Positions 46,921 through 57,800 of a stretch of DNA of 64,000 nucleotides are shown here, piece after piece; the first letter of the stretch is position 1, and the number at the start of each line of letters is the position of its first letter. The notes beneath the pieces were generated by a model, which worked only from the letters and a program-made list of their open reading frames with translations, had not been told where the DNA came from and made no database searches. The stretch lies in IMG/VR virus record IMGVR_UViG_3300025101_002824, positions 32,001 to 96,000 of that record. The stretch is one strand, 5' to 3'. The stretch is from a virus. Both the position numbers and the translations under genes were made by a program.

Positions 46921-48461
46921 TGAAATATAGCAAGGACGGATATAAAAGAAATAGCAAGGATAAGAATAATCCTTATAATATAATACCATCAGGTAATATA
47001 ACTATGGAGGATGTAGATTTTCCTGTACTTGGTATGGATAACTTAGGTAATAGTAAAGTTATGATGCCAGGTGCTAATTATACATTTCCTGGCAATTCTG
47101 TTTTTGAAATACCAATGTTTTCTAATGGTGGACCTAAAAAAAATAAATATGGTCTTACATATAATCTTTTAAAAAGTTATATTGATAGAGGAAAATTAAA
47201 TTATGGTCTTATAAAACAACATCCTAGATTACTTATTCCTAGTACTATAAGAAATCAATATGATTTATATAAGTATATGAATACTGCAGATATGCGTGGT
47301 ATTACTGGTAGAAATCTTATAGACAATGTTACAATACCTATTCAAAAAGGCAGTAGTTTAATTCAGCATAGAGGTTTAAAAAATTCTTCTGAAATAGATG
47401 AATCTATGGAAAAGATATTAGCAGATTATACAATTAATTCTGCTCCTTTTAAATTTAGTTCATTTGATGGAAAATCAGGATATGTGCCTCAAGGTGGTTT
47501 TCCAATGGTAAATACAGGAGATACTAGACCTTTTTTTATACAAGATGATTCATATGCAAAACTATTAGATGACTATTTAAAAAATAATAATATTAGTTGG
47601 AAAAGTTTAGATAGAGATAAACCTATAGAATTAAATAGAGCATTTGGAACATTTGATGTTACAAGTTCTTCTGGCGGAAGTTTACAAGATTATATAGATA
47701 GATTAAAATCAGGAGAAGTTTTTAGTTTAGGAGATATAACATCTTGGTCAATTGGTAAACCTTTACCACAATTTGGTAGTCAGAGATTTTTAATTAAAAA
47801 TTTTCCAACTAATAGAAATGCGTTTGTAAATAGACCTGATTTAAATAAATTTTTAACTAGAAATCAAAAACAATCATTTGTTGAAACAGAATTATTATTA
47901 CCAAGTGATACAAAATTTAAAGTAACTAATTTAATTAAAAAGTCACCAAGACAGCCTCTTGAATATAAAAAAGATAGCAAAGGTTTAATTTATGATCCAG
48001 TACCACAATGGGGAACAGATATTGAATTAGAAGTACAAAAAAAAGGTGGTGAAAAAAAATCTAAATATGTTAAATCTCCTTTTACAAAAGGAAAATTATC
48101 TTTAGCAAATACAGATGGTTTAATAAATAAAATGATTAATCAGGGTATTTTTAAATCTGAATTTGCAATGGGAGGACAGTTAAAATTAAATAATGGATAT
48201 ACAGTAAAAAAACATTTTGATAAATTAAAAGACATACCTTATATATCATATACAAAACAACCTGATATAGAAGGAAGAGTATACTATGATTCAGATAGCA
48301 CAGATGTTTTAGATGATTTTAACATTATAGATGTTGAATCAAATTTAATTAAAAAACAAAGAAAACATAAAAGAACTAAAGATATAATATTAAAATATAA
48401 AAACGGAAATAATCTTACACAAACAGAAAAAGCACATTTAAACTCATTAGGGTTATTGTAG
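46920..48461 (+). CDS. Putative virion protein with an R-S-E ADP-ribosyltransferase domain
   Basis: LNRAFG (R 47637), ITSWS (S 47742), ETELLLP...FKV (E-x-E 47883-47891); TAATG-coupled to the muzzle gene. Confidence 0.65.
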   Translation: MKYSKDGYKRNSKDKNNPYNIIPSGNITMEDVDFPVLGMDNLGNSKVMMPGANYTFPGNSVFEIPMFSNGGPKKNKYGLTYNLLKSYIDRGKLNYGLIKQHPRLLIPSTIRNQYDLYKYMNTADMRGITGRNLIDNVTIPIQKGSSLIQHRGLKNSSEIDESMEKILADYTINSAPFKFSSFDGKSGYVPQGGFPMVNTGDTRPFFIQDDSYAKLLDDYLKNNNISWKSLDRDKPIELNRAFGTFDVTSSSGGSLQDYIDRLKSGEVFSLGDITSWSIGKPLPQFGSQRFLIKNFPTNRNAFVNRPDLNKFLTRNQKQSFVETELLLPSDTKFKVTNLIKKSPRQPLEYKKDSKGLIYDPVPQWGTDIELEVQKKGGEKKSKYVKSPFTKGKLSLANTDGLINKMINQGIFKSEFAMGGQLKLNNGYTVKKHFDKLKDIPYISYTKQPDIEGRVYYDSDSTDVLDDFNIIDVESNLIKKQRKHKRTKDIILKYKNGNNLTQTEKAHLNSLGLL

Positions 48462-48483
48462 TAAAATTAGTTAAATTGCTTTA

Positions 48484-48509
48484 TTTTTAGTATATTATTA
48501 ATGTAGAAT
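48484..48509 (+). promoter_or_regulatory. Putative late-promoter motif
   Basis: TTTTTAGTATATTATTAATGTAGAAT; 20-nt identity with 33318-33337. Confidence 0.6.
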
Positions 48510-48527
48510 GGTGTCCATATAACAATT

Positions 48528-51491
48528 ATGAAAAGAAATAAAAAAAATAATCAAAAACAAACTTTTGACGTTTATCCAATGTTATCTGATTATCAATATG
48601 TTACAGGTATACCTATGATGCAAAATGGATCTGAATTTTTTAGCTATGATGACTACATGACTGATTTAGTATTGGCAAATACTGGTACAGAAACACCTAC
48701 ACCTTTTATTCCTAAATATAACATAGATAATAATTATACTCAAACAGGTGATATAGAATATGGTATACCAAAGTCAATAAGTACAGCTAATCCATTATTA
48801 AATCTTGCTAGTAGTTTAACTAAATTTAAAAATCTTGGTACAGATTTTAAAAATGCACTTGGAAATATAAATCCTAGAACAGGTTTACCTTTTAAAAAAT
48901 CTGACTTTGCAAGAACTACACTTACTAATACAACAGATGAAAATGTAATATTAGATGGAGAGGGTTTTAAAAATTTATATGATAAATCAGGAAATATAAA
49001 TCAAGATGCAAATACTGCTGAAAATTTGTTTATGACTCAAGATGAAGCTAAACAAAAATACTTTAATACATTAGCAAAACAACATTCAGAAACATATCTT
49101 GATAATGATGGAAATTCATTATTAAGTAAACAAGTAATGAATGATGATGGAACTATTTCTTATGCTGATATTACAAAACCTAATCCTAACTATGATCCTT
49201 CAAAACCAGAAGGACCTGGTAATGAAAAAACTATAACAGTCCCTTTTACAGATGCTGATAAAACTGCAGGTGATATAGCACAAGAAAATGTAAAAGATAT
49301 TAATGTACAAAGTTTGTTATATAACGATGACTTAACTGAAGTTACTAAATTATCAAGAGTAACAAATACAGGTGAAAAAGAAATAGCAGATTATGATGCA
49401 GATAAAATAGCAACAGAAGGAACATATAATTTTAATGTGCAAGAAAATATTGGTCAAGATCCAATTGATGATAGATATTTAATGGCTGGAGGAAGTTTTC
49501 CAAGAAATAATCTTTCTGCTTTTGTATATGGAGGAGAAGAAATACCTGAAGCACAGTTTGGAAAAAGTAATTTTAGAAACTATACATTAAGAGATCCTAA
49601 TTTTACTATAGGAACTAAAACTATAGCTCCAATAAACAGAATAACAAGAAACTTACCATTTGGTGCTGTTGATAAAGGTGTTCAACAAGGATACGGATTT
49701 AATGCTAATATACCTCTTGTTTCAAGTCAATTACTTAAAACACCAACTTCACAATTAGTTGGTAATATAAATATAGGCACAAATGCATATAGAACACCAG
49801 GTAGTGAAAGATATGCTACAAAATATGTAGATTCAGATATGGACATTATGATGGAAAATGCACCTTTACATTTACAAAATGTACAATCTGCATATGGTGC
49901 ATATCAAGATTATTCTGCTCCTTATATGACTAATGTAGGTCAACGTATTGGTATTGGTGGTGATTATACTTATTCACCAAGAGGGCTTGGTAGAGATCTT
50001 GCTATTGATTTAGGTGCTGATCTTGGATTAAATTATAGTAGAGGTGAGCTTGGCTCTGACTTTGCATATGTAGATAAATTTGAAAATTTTCATGGTTTAG
50101 AAAATGATGCAGCTATAAATATTTTTGACTCAGTAACACCTGAAATTGAAGGTAATTTATTTGGAGTTGATGCAGGAGCATACGCAGGTTTAAGAAATCA
50201 AAATACAGGACTTTCAGGAGGTATATATGGTAATTATGGTACAATGAGAACAATAAATCCAGGTATGCGTTTAGGTTTTAAAGGTAATATACCATTAATT
50301 AGAGGAAAGGGTAATATGCGTGGATTTAATATTTCAGCTAGTCCAGATATAAGTTATGATTTTCAATCAAACACACCTAGATATGGTTTTGGAATTAGTG
50401 CAGGATTTGAAGATGGAGGAGAAAATTTACAAAAATATCAAGGTGATGTAGGTCCAAGTGAAACAAATAAAGAGACATATATATTTAATGGTCAACAAGT
50501 TACTGAAGAAGAGTTTAATAGATTATCTAAAGAAAGTCAAAATGATTTTAATGAATTTAGAAATAATACTAATTCTGAAAGACAAAATTTTATGAACCAA
50601 ACACCATTTACCTCTTCACAAAATAATGAAGGGGTTGGTTCAGGCCCTACTAATCCAGGTGCTACAACTTCTGGACAATCAGTAAATCCTGTTGTAACTG
50701 CTCCTTCTATGAATGAAATTGCTGGTGGTACTCCATTAGATTTAGATTTACCAACTCCAGATTATATGAATCCTCTTGGAATGAATCAAGAAATACCAAC
50801 TAATCCTAATCAAGTTGATACATATGAAGTAAGTACTGAAGGTACACCTGTTGATAATACTGATATACCAGTTGTAGAACCAGAAGGACCAGCTGCTCCT
50901 GTAGAAATGAGTTTTAGTCAACCTGATCTTACTGATGAGCAAAAGGCTAATATGACTGAAGCAGAAATAAAAGCTTATGAAAGAAAACAAAAATTAGATT
51001 CAGCATATAATGAAGGTAATGCATTTATGAATACAGGTTTTGTAGGAACAGCTAAAAGAGTATTTGGAGAAGCTGCTAAAGCTGCTACAATGGGTGCAGA
51101 TTCAATAAATTATTTTGCAGGCTATGGTGACATGTTAAAAAATGAATTAGAAACAGATAATGAACAAGATGAAATAGGTGATTTTGTTAATCCTATTGAA
51201 GCTAGTAGAGGTGATAAAGGTGATTATGGTGTAAACTCAGGAGCGTATAGAGTTAATAGTTTAGGTTATGGTGATGGACCTAGAGGTCAAATTGCACAAA
51301 TGGGTACAGAAACAAATGGTATGCCTAAGCCAGATTATAGTTCGTTACAACAATTTTTAAATCAAACTATAGTTTCTTATGATCCTAAATTTTTAATGAT
51401 GCAGGCAAAAAATGGTGAAGAGATTATAGATGCAGACATGGAACTAATTAAACAACTAATGGCAGCGGGGGCTGACTTTGAAATAATGTAG
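48528..51491 (+). CDS. Putative cargo protein with an internal outer-membrane beta-barrel-like module
   Basis: Alternating amphipathic strands RIGIGGDYTY, LGADLGLNY, FGVDAGAYAG, LSGGIYGNYG and RYGFGISAGF, flanked by GG linkers. Confidence 0.6.
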   Translation: MKRNKKNNQKQTFDVYPMLSDYQYVTGIPMMQNGSEFFSYDDYMTDLVLANTGTETPTPFIPKYNIDNNYTQTGDIEYGIPKSISTANPLLNLASSLTKFKNLGTDFKNALGNINPRTGLPFKKSDFARTTLTNTTDENVILDGEGFKNLYDKSGNINQDANTAENLFMTQDEAKQKYFNTLAKQHSETYLDNDGNSLLSKQVMNDDGTISYADITKPNPNYDPSKPEGPGNEKTITVPFTDADKTAGDIAQENVKDINVQSLLYNDDLTEVTKLSRVTNTGEKEIADYDADKIATEGTYNFNVQENIGQDPIDDRYLMAGGSFPRNNLSAFVYGGEEIPEAQFGKSNFRNYTLRDPNFTIGTKTIAPINRITRNLPFGAVDKGVQQGYGFNANIPLVSSQLLKTPTSQLVGNINIGTNAYRTPGSERYATKYVDSDMDIMMENAPLHLQNVQSAYGAYQDYSAPYMTNVGQRIGIGGDYTYSPRGLGRDLAIDLGADLGLNYSRGELGSDFAYVDKFENFHGLENDAAINIFDSVTPEIEGNLFGVDAGAYAGLRNQNTGLSGGIYGNYGTMRTINPGMRLGFKGNIPLIRGKGNMRGFNISASPDISYDFQSNTPRYGFGISAGFEDGGENLQKYQGDVGPSETNKETYIFNGQQVTEEEFNRLSKESQNDFNEFRNNTNSERQNFMNQTPFTSSQNNEGVGSGPTNPGATTSGQSVNPVVTAPSMNEIAGGTPLDLDLPTPDYMNPLGMNQEIPTNPNQVDTYEVSTEGTPVDNTDIPVVEPEGPAAPVEMSFSQPDLTDEQKANMTEAEIKAYERKQKLDSAYNEGNAFMNTGFVGTAKRVFGEAAKAATMGADSINYFAGYGDMLKNELETDNEQDEIGDFVNPIEASRGDKGDYGVNSGAYRVNSLGYGDGPRGQIAQMGTETNGMPKPDYSSLQQFLNQTIVSYDPKFLMMQAKNGEEIIDADMELIKQLMAAGADFEIM

Positions 51492-51493
51492 TT

Positions 51494-54400
51494 ATGAAAA
51501 TTAAACTTAAAAATATCCCGGAAGGGTTTGAATTAAAAAATAACAGGCTTGTAAAAAAAATGGCGGCTGGTGGTACTGTAGGTAGCACTTTACAACCTGT
51601 ACCACGTGATGAAGCTAATGTTGAAGCAGAAAAAAATGAAACTGTTTTAACTGATGCTGATCAAGATGGTTTTTATGAATTATATAATATAGGAGGTAAA
51701 AGACATTCACAAGGTGGAACACCTTTAAATTTACCAGAACAATCTTTTATTTTTTCTGATACAAGAAAAATGAAATTTACAAAAGAAGAACTAAAAGAAC
51801 TTGGTGTATCATCATCAAAGAGACTTACCCCTGCTGCAGTCTCTAAAAAATTTCCTATTAATAAATATATGGAAGTTCTTAAAGATCCTAGCTCAGACGA
51901 TATTGCAATTCAAAGTGCTGAGGCTATGATAAAAAAGAATAAAATAAAACTTTCTCAAATTGCTTTTATGCAAGAAAAGAAAAAAGATTTTGAAGAAGGT
52001 TTACCATTAGCTGCATACCCATATCTATTAGAGAATGGTATAGATCCAAAAGAGTTTGAAATGAAGATTGAACAAGCAAAACAATCTGAACAACAAATGG
52101 CTCAAGGTATGCAAGAAGGAATGCCACCACAAGGACAACCATCACCTCAAGAAATGGAACAAATGGCTATGGCTATGCAGCAGCAAGGTCAAGGTATGCC
52201 TCCTCAAGGTATGATGCCACCTGCTCCACAAGGCATGATGCCACCACAAGAAATGATGCCACCAATGCCTCAAATGGGTATGGCTATGGGTGGTATGGAA
52301 TTACGTAATTTTATATATGGTAAAGAAGGTAAAGAAATACCTACTAATAAAGGATTTCAAGCATTACCACCAGCAGCACAAAAAAATATTATTGACAATA
52401 TGCAAAAGGGTGGTCAACCATCAATTATACCAGCAGAAATGATGGAGCAGTATAATGCATGGAGAACACAAAATAGATTAAAAGACATACCTGAAATACA
52501 GATGATGTTTTTAAATACTATGGAAACTGGAGCGCCTATAATGCCTGGTCATTCTGATATGTTTAAGTCTACACCAAATACTACAAATAAAATGGCTGTA
52601 GGAACATTACCTGGTTGGAAAGAAACATTAAAAGGTTTTATTCCTGATGATTATGATTATGTAGTAGATGATCCAATGCAAGGAATGAAAGATTTTATAA
52701 ATTATATAAGTCCATTTGAAGAAGGTGGATCATATAGTGGACCAAAAGGAGAAGCAGCTTATTTAGCTAGAAAAGATGCTGCTATAAAAAAGGCTATGGA
52801 TAAAGAACAAGATGGTGGAGATCCAAATGCAATGAGTCCTGCTGATCAACAAATGCAAGCATTAATTAATGCACAACAACAGTTAGCTCAACAAAGACAA
52901 ATGATCATGATGGCTTATCAGGAAAATCCTGAGCAGTTCTCTAGTCCAGAAGCTCAATCAGGATTAGAAGAAAGACTTATGATTTTAGATCAAAATCTTG
53001 CACAAGTTCAAGCACAATTACAAAAATTATCAGAACAAGAGTTTCTTGCAGAAACAACTATTCCTCTGTCAGAATTTGTAGGAGAAACTAATATTGCTGC
53101 AAAACAAAATATGGGTTATGATTTTTATAATCCTCAATTAATGATGGCTAGAGAAGGAAAAGAGTTACCAGCTTATCAAGAAGGCAATGGTGAGAATTCT
53201 TTTCTTTATGAAGGCACCGATGATATGGGTTATCCAATATCATTAAATCCTTATTTTAGAACATCTCCAACTGGTCAATATATAAATGGTGAAGAAAATC
53301 CTAATTATGATGCAGAATTTGAAAATAAAGTAGATGCAGGTATAGGTGCTCATGAAGGTTATTATAATATTATGAATCAAGATAACTTTAAAGGAGTTAG
53401 AGATGCATGGATAAAAGCATATAAAGATTTAGATGATCCTGCTAAAATAACAGGTAAGTCTGATAAAGAATTATATAAAGCATTTAATGATATGAATATA
53501 TTGTTTAATGCAGCATTTTCATCTGGTGTAAGTTTTAAAGATGGTGATATTACAGCACAATTAAAAAGAAATGCTGAAAAATTAGGAATGCCTGTTCCTG
53601 ATGAAGAATCAATTAAAATGTATCAAGGTATGTATAATGCTTTAGCTACTTTAAAAGAAACAGGTACTGATGAACAAAAAGAATTACTTCAACAAGTTAA
53701 TATAAATTATAGTACTAATACTGGAGGTGCTTATGAAATTGTACCAAATAGTGGTAGATTTGTTTCTAAAATTGATGGTAAAATTGGTGATAACACAAGT
53801 CAACAGTTTGTTTCTGTAACTGATAAACAAGATAATATAGATATAGACTTTGAATGTGATGAAGAAACTAAAAGGCTTAAAATGCAAGAATGCATGGAGC
53901 AAGGTAAAGGTTTTAATGTAAAAGCTTGTGACTGTGAAGAAGAACCAGAAGATACACCTACAGGTGACATCCCACCATATTTAACATTTCCAGGAGATGA
54001 TTTAAAAGTAGGAGCTTTAGCAGCACTTACAATGCAAAGGGATAAAAAGTATGGAAGAAAGCGTAACTATGATCCAATTATGAGAGATCCTGGTTATGTA
54101 GATGATAGAGCTGCAGTAGCTGCACAAACAGCTTTGGCTAATCAAGCTATGGCTGTTTCAAGAGATCCTTCACAGGTTCAAGGTGCAGCACAAGATCAAA
54201 TAGATAAAATTCAAGCTAATAGATATGCTACTAATACTAAAATATTTGATAATACTCAAGCTTATAATGTAGCAGAAATAAATAAATCTAGAGAGTTAAA
54301 TGATAAATATATGTCTGATTATGTAGACATGGTGAATCTTGTAGATCAAAATTATGACAATGTTAAAGGTCAAGATATGATGAATCTTGTTGATGCTGAA

Positions 54401-54829
54401 GTAACTAGAATGGATAACGCTGATAAATTATATGAACTTAATTTAAGAAATCCAAATTATTACTTTGATCCTCAGCAACATAGAACTATATTTCAAAATC
54501 CTGAAGCATTAGAAGCATTTAGAGGTAATCCTAATACACAACCTATAACAGTAGAAGACGCAATTGCATCTTGTAAAAAATCAGGAGTACCAGAAAGTCA
54601 AATAATGCAATGTGTTAAAGTAAAAATGGAATCTGTAAATAATCCAGGAGGTGTTGATTACACAAGAAATGAAATAGCAAATAATAATATAGATGCAAAT
54701 AATCAAAATGATGATAATACAACAACTGGTAGATATGGAGGATCATTTAAATATGGAGGAGCAGTTAGAGAACAAGATTTAATAAACAGTAGAATTAAAT
54801 TAAGAAATTGGATAATGGGTAATGAATAA
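51494..54829 (+). CDS. Putative internal virion/ejection protein with multiple GG linkers and an M/P/Q-rich region
   Basis: NVEAEKNE...GKRHSQGG...FIFSD N-terminal domain; lies before the giant ejection genes. Confidence 0.6.
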   Translation: MKIKLKNIPEGFELKNNRLVKKMAAGGTVGSTLQPVPRDEANVEAEKNETVLTDADQDGFYELYNIGGKRHSQGGTPLNLPEQSFIFSDTRKMKFTKEELKELGVSSSKRLTPAAVSKKFPINKYMEVLKDPSSDDIAIQSAEAMIKKNKIKLSQIAFMQEKKKDFEEGLPLAAYPYLLENGIDPKEFEMKIEQAKQSEQQMAQGMQEGMPPQGQPSPQEMEQMAMAMQQQGQGMPPQGMMPPAPQGMMPPQEMMPPMPQMGMAMGGMELRNFIYGKEGKEIPTNKGFQALPPAAQKNIIDNMQKGGQPSIIPAEMMEQYNAWRTQNRLKDIPEIQMMFLNTMETGAPIMPGHSDMFKSTPNTTNKMAVGTLPGWKETLKGFIPDDYDYVVDDPMQGMKDFINYISPFEEGGSYSGPKGEAAYLARKDAAIKKAMDKEQDGGDPNAMSPADQQMQALINAQQQLAQQRQMIMMAYQENPEQFSSPEAQSGLEERLMILDQNLAQVQAQLQKLSEQEFLAETTIPLSEFVGETNIAAKQNMGYDFYNPQLMMAREGKELPAYQEGNGENSFLYEGTDDMGYPISLNPYFRTSPTGQYINGEENPNYDAEFENKVDAGIGAHEGYYNIMNQDNFKGVRDAWIKAYKDLDDPAKITGKSDKELYKAFNDMNILFNAAFSSGVSFKDGDITAQLKRNAEKLGMPVPDEESIKMYQGMYNALATLKETGTDEQKELLQQVNINYSTNTGGAYEIVPNSGRFVSKIDGKIGDNTSQQFVSVTDKQDNIDIDFECDEETKRLKMQECMEQGKGFNVKACDCEEEPEDTPTGDIPPYLTFPGDDLKVGALAALTMQRDKKYGRKRNYDPIMRDPGYVDDRAAVAAQTALANQAMAVSRDPSQVQGAAQDQIDKIQANRYATNTKIFDNTQAYNVAEINKSRELNDKYMSDYVDMVNLVDQNYDNVKGQDMMNLVDAEVTRMDNADKLYELNLRNPNYYFDPQQHRTIFQNPEALEAFRGNPNTQPITVEDAIASCKKSGVPESQIMQCVKVKMESVNNPGGVDYTRNEIANNNIDANNQNDDNTTTGRYGGSFKYGGAVREQDLINSRIKLRNWIMGNE

Positions 54830-54888
54830 ACTTTAAGAGTTTAATTTAATACTTATTAAAACTTATAAAATTTTAGTATTTTTGTAAT

Positions 54889-57800
54889 ATGGCAACTTAC
54901 TTACCAAATGTAAAAGATTATGTACCTGAATTGAAGGCATATACGCCTGATTTTAAATTTTTGTCTGATGCATTAGATCAAAGACAAGACAGGTATAATA
55001 AAACAACCAAGCAATTAAACAATTTGTATGGTGATGTTGTATATGCTGATTTATCTAGAGAAGATAATCAAGCACTTAGAGATAGTTATGCAAAAAAACT
55101 TGCTCCTAAAATACAACAAATATCAGGGTTAGACTTTTCTTTGGCACAAAATGTACAAGCTGCAAAAGGTTTATTTAAACCATTCTATGAAGATGAAAAA
55201 CTTGTAAGAGATATTGTTTATACAAAGACTTATAAAGATCAAATGGGTTTAGCTAACTCATATAAAAATGCTGCTAGTGATGAACAACGTAAAAGATATT
55301 GGGATGATGGAGTCCAATATATGAATTATATGATGGATGATTTTCAAAATAAATCAAGATCAGAATCTATGAGTGTTCCATTACCACAATATTTTGAAAA
55401 CCCTAATCTGTATGAAAAAGCTATGGAAGTTTTAAATACAGGTGGACCAGATGGTAAAGGTTTTAAATCAACTCAAACATATGTTGATCAAACGGGTCAG
55501 TTTATTGTTACACAAGAAAATGGTATAGCATTATTAAGTAAACCTACAGGAAAACAAATAGCAAACCCTAATTTTGATCCTAATAAAAAAGTATCTACAT
55601 CTAATCCTAAGATGATTGAAGAGATGTATAACCCTGCTGCTAATCTTATAAATGAAACTATAACTGATGATCCTACTATAGTTCAAGGTTATCAAATAAA
55701 AGCATATAATAATGCAAGAAAATTTTATGAAGAAGAAGCTAAAAAATCTGGATTACCTGTAGATCAGTTTAAAAAACAATGGGTACAAATGCAATTAGGT
55801 CAATTTGATGCTGAAAGTAAACAAACTTTAGAAAAAGAAAATGTTGAACTTAATAATACTAGATCTGAATTAGCAAGTTGGGATTCTTATGTTAAAGAAG
55901 CTCCACTTATTGAAGGTTCAGAAGAATATCAAAAATGGTTTTATGCTATGACAAAAGGTGAAACTATTGAACAAGGTATTAATAAACTTGAACAAAAAAG
56001 AAATAATATATTAAATGGTGTTGATTCAGAAGATTTAGATGCACTTTTAAATAGAGGTTATGCAGCATATATTGCAAATACATTAGGTAAAGATATTTTT
56101 ACAGCAGCTAGAGACTATGCTGATCTTACATCACAACATTCATTTGAAGAAAGTAAAATTTATTTAGAAAAACTTAGAGCAAGAAATAATAAAGATCTTG
56201 AACTATTTAAAAGAAGATTAGATTTAGAAGAACAAATTAAAAAAGATTTAGAAGAAATAGAAAGAAATAGCATTAGACCCAATGCTATACCAGGTGATTC
56301 AAGAGAAAATATTACATCTAGAGGAAATCAAATAGAAAGAAATGAAGCTGGTGAATTAAAAGTTCACAAAGAAATAAATACAAGAAAAATACAAACATTA
56401 GCTACTTTTTATAGAGTTATGGCTGATGATTTAAATACTCAAACTAATTTAGATAATATGGCTGGGTATTTACTTACAGATGCTAACAGAGGGACAGGTG
56501 AAGTTAAATCTTCCGGTATATTCTTGCCTAATCAAGCAGGTACAGCTTTACAATTTTATCAATGGGATGAAGCAGTTCAAGCTTTAAATAATAATCCACA
56601 AATTTTAGATTATCATTTTAATAAAATAAAACAAATACAAAATGATCCAGATTTAGCTGCATCATATAAAAAAGAAATAAATAACAATGTTAGATCAACA
56701 GTAGGAGTTTTAATTGATGATATTGATTTAAGAAATGAAAAATTAACTGTTATAAAAGATCTAGAAAGTAAAGTATATAAAAATGTTTTATCAACTATAC
56801 CTGTTGACGATCTTAGAACAGGTTTAGGTCAAGAAAATTTATCTGATTGGAATATAATGTTATTTGATGAGAATGGTTATATGATACCTACAGAAACATT
56901 ATATAAAAATAAAGTTCAAGAAATAGTAACTAATATACAAAATTTAGCTCCTAAATCATTACCAAGTGATGCAGAAATTTATGATCAAATTTTTGATCCA
57001 AAAACTAATAATATTATTACAATAGATCAAGGTATACCAGGAGCTTTATTAACTACTAAAGAAGCACAAGATGCAATGAAATCATTACCAAATGATCCAA
57101 GTAGATTTAATCCACAAATGATAATGAAAGTTATGGGACAAGCTGTAAGAGCTAAAATGCTTAAAGATATAGCTAAAACAGTTAATCAAGATCCTGGTAC
57201 ATTTCTTGTAAGATATTATCAACCAACTAGTGATGGTACATTTAAATTTGGTTATGGTGCTACTGAAGATTTTGCACCATCATATGATACAGATGAGAGT
57301 AGATCTGCTTCTGATCCAAATACATATCCTATGCAAATTGCAAATGAAGTTTTAGAGTATGGTAGTTTTAAACAAATTATAGATAAAGTTAAAAATCAAA
57401 TGGCTGTTGAAATGGATAAAGAAACAGCTATTCCTTTTGAAACTACATTTGATTTTGATTCTTTTTATTATGGTAATCAAACAGATGGTGATATGTCTAT
57501 AGCACCTATTATACCTTTTAGATATGATGCTGGTACTAAAGATAAGTATGTAAATCAACAATTAGATTTATTTTTCTCTGCAATAGATAATATGCCAGAT
57601 AATCAAGTATTTATGACTGAAGGAGATGCTGGTGCAGCATTTAGCATGAAAATTAGTGAAAATGATAGAAGAACTGCTGAATTAGTTTTAAATGAAATTA
57701 GAGCTGATAGAAACTGGAAACCAGGTGGAGGTGCTGAAACCAAAGGTACTCCTGGATATAGAATAGAATATAGTGGTTATGGTGGTGGAGAATCAGCAGA

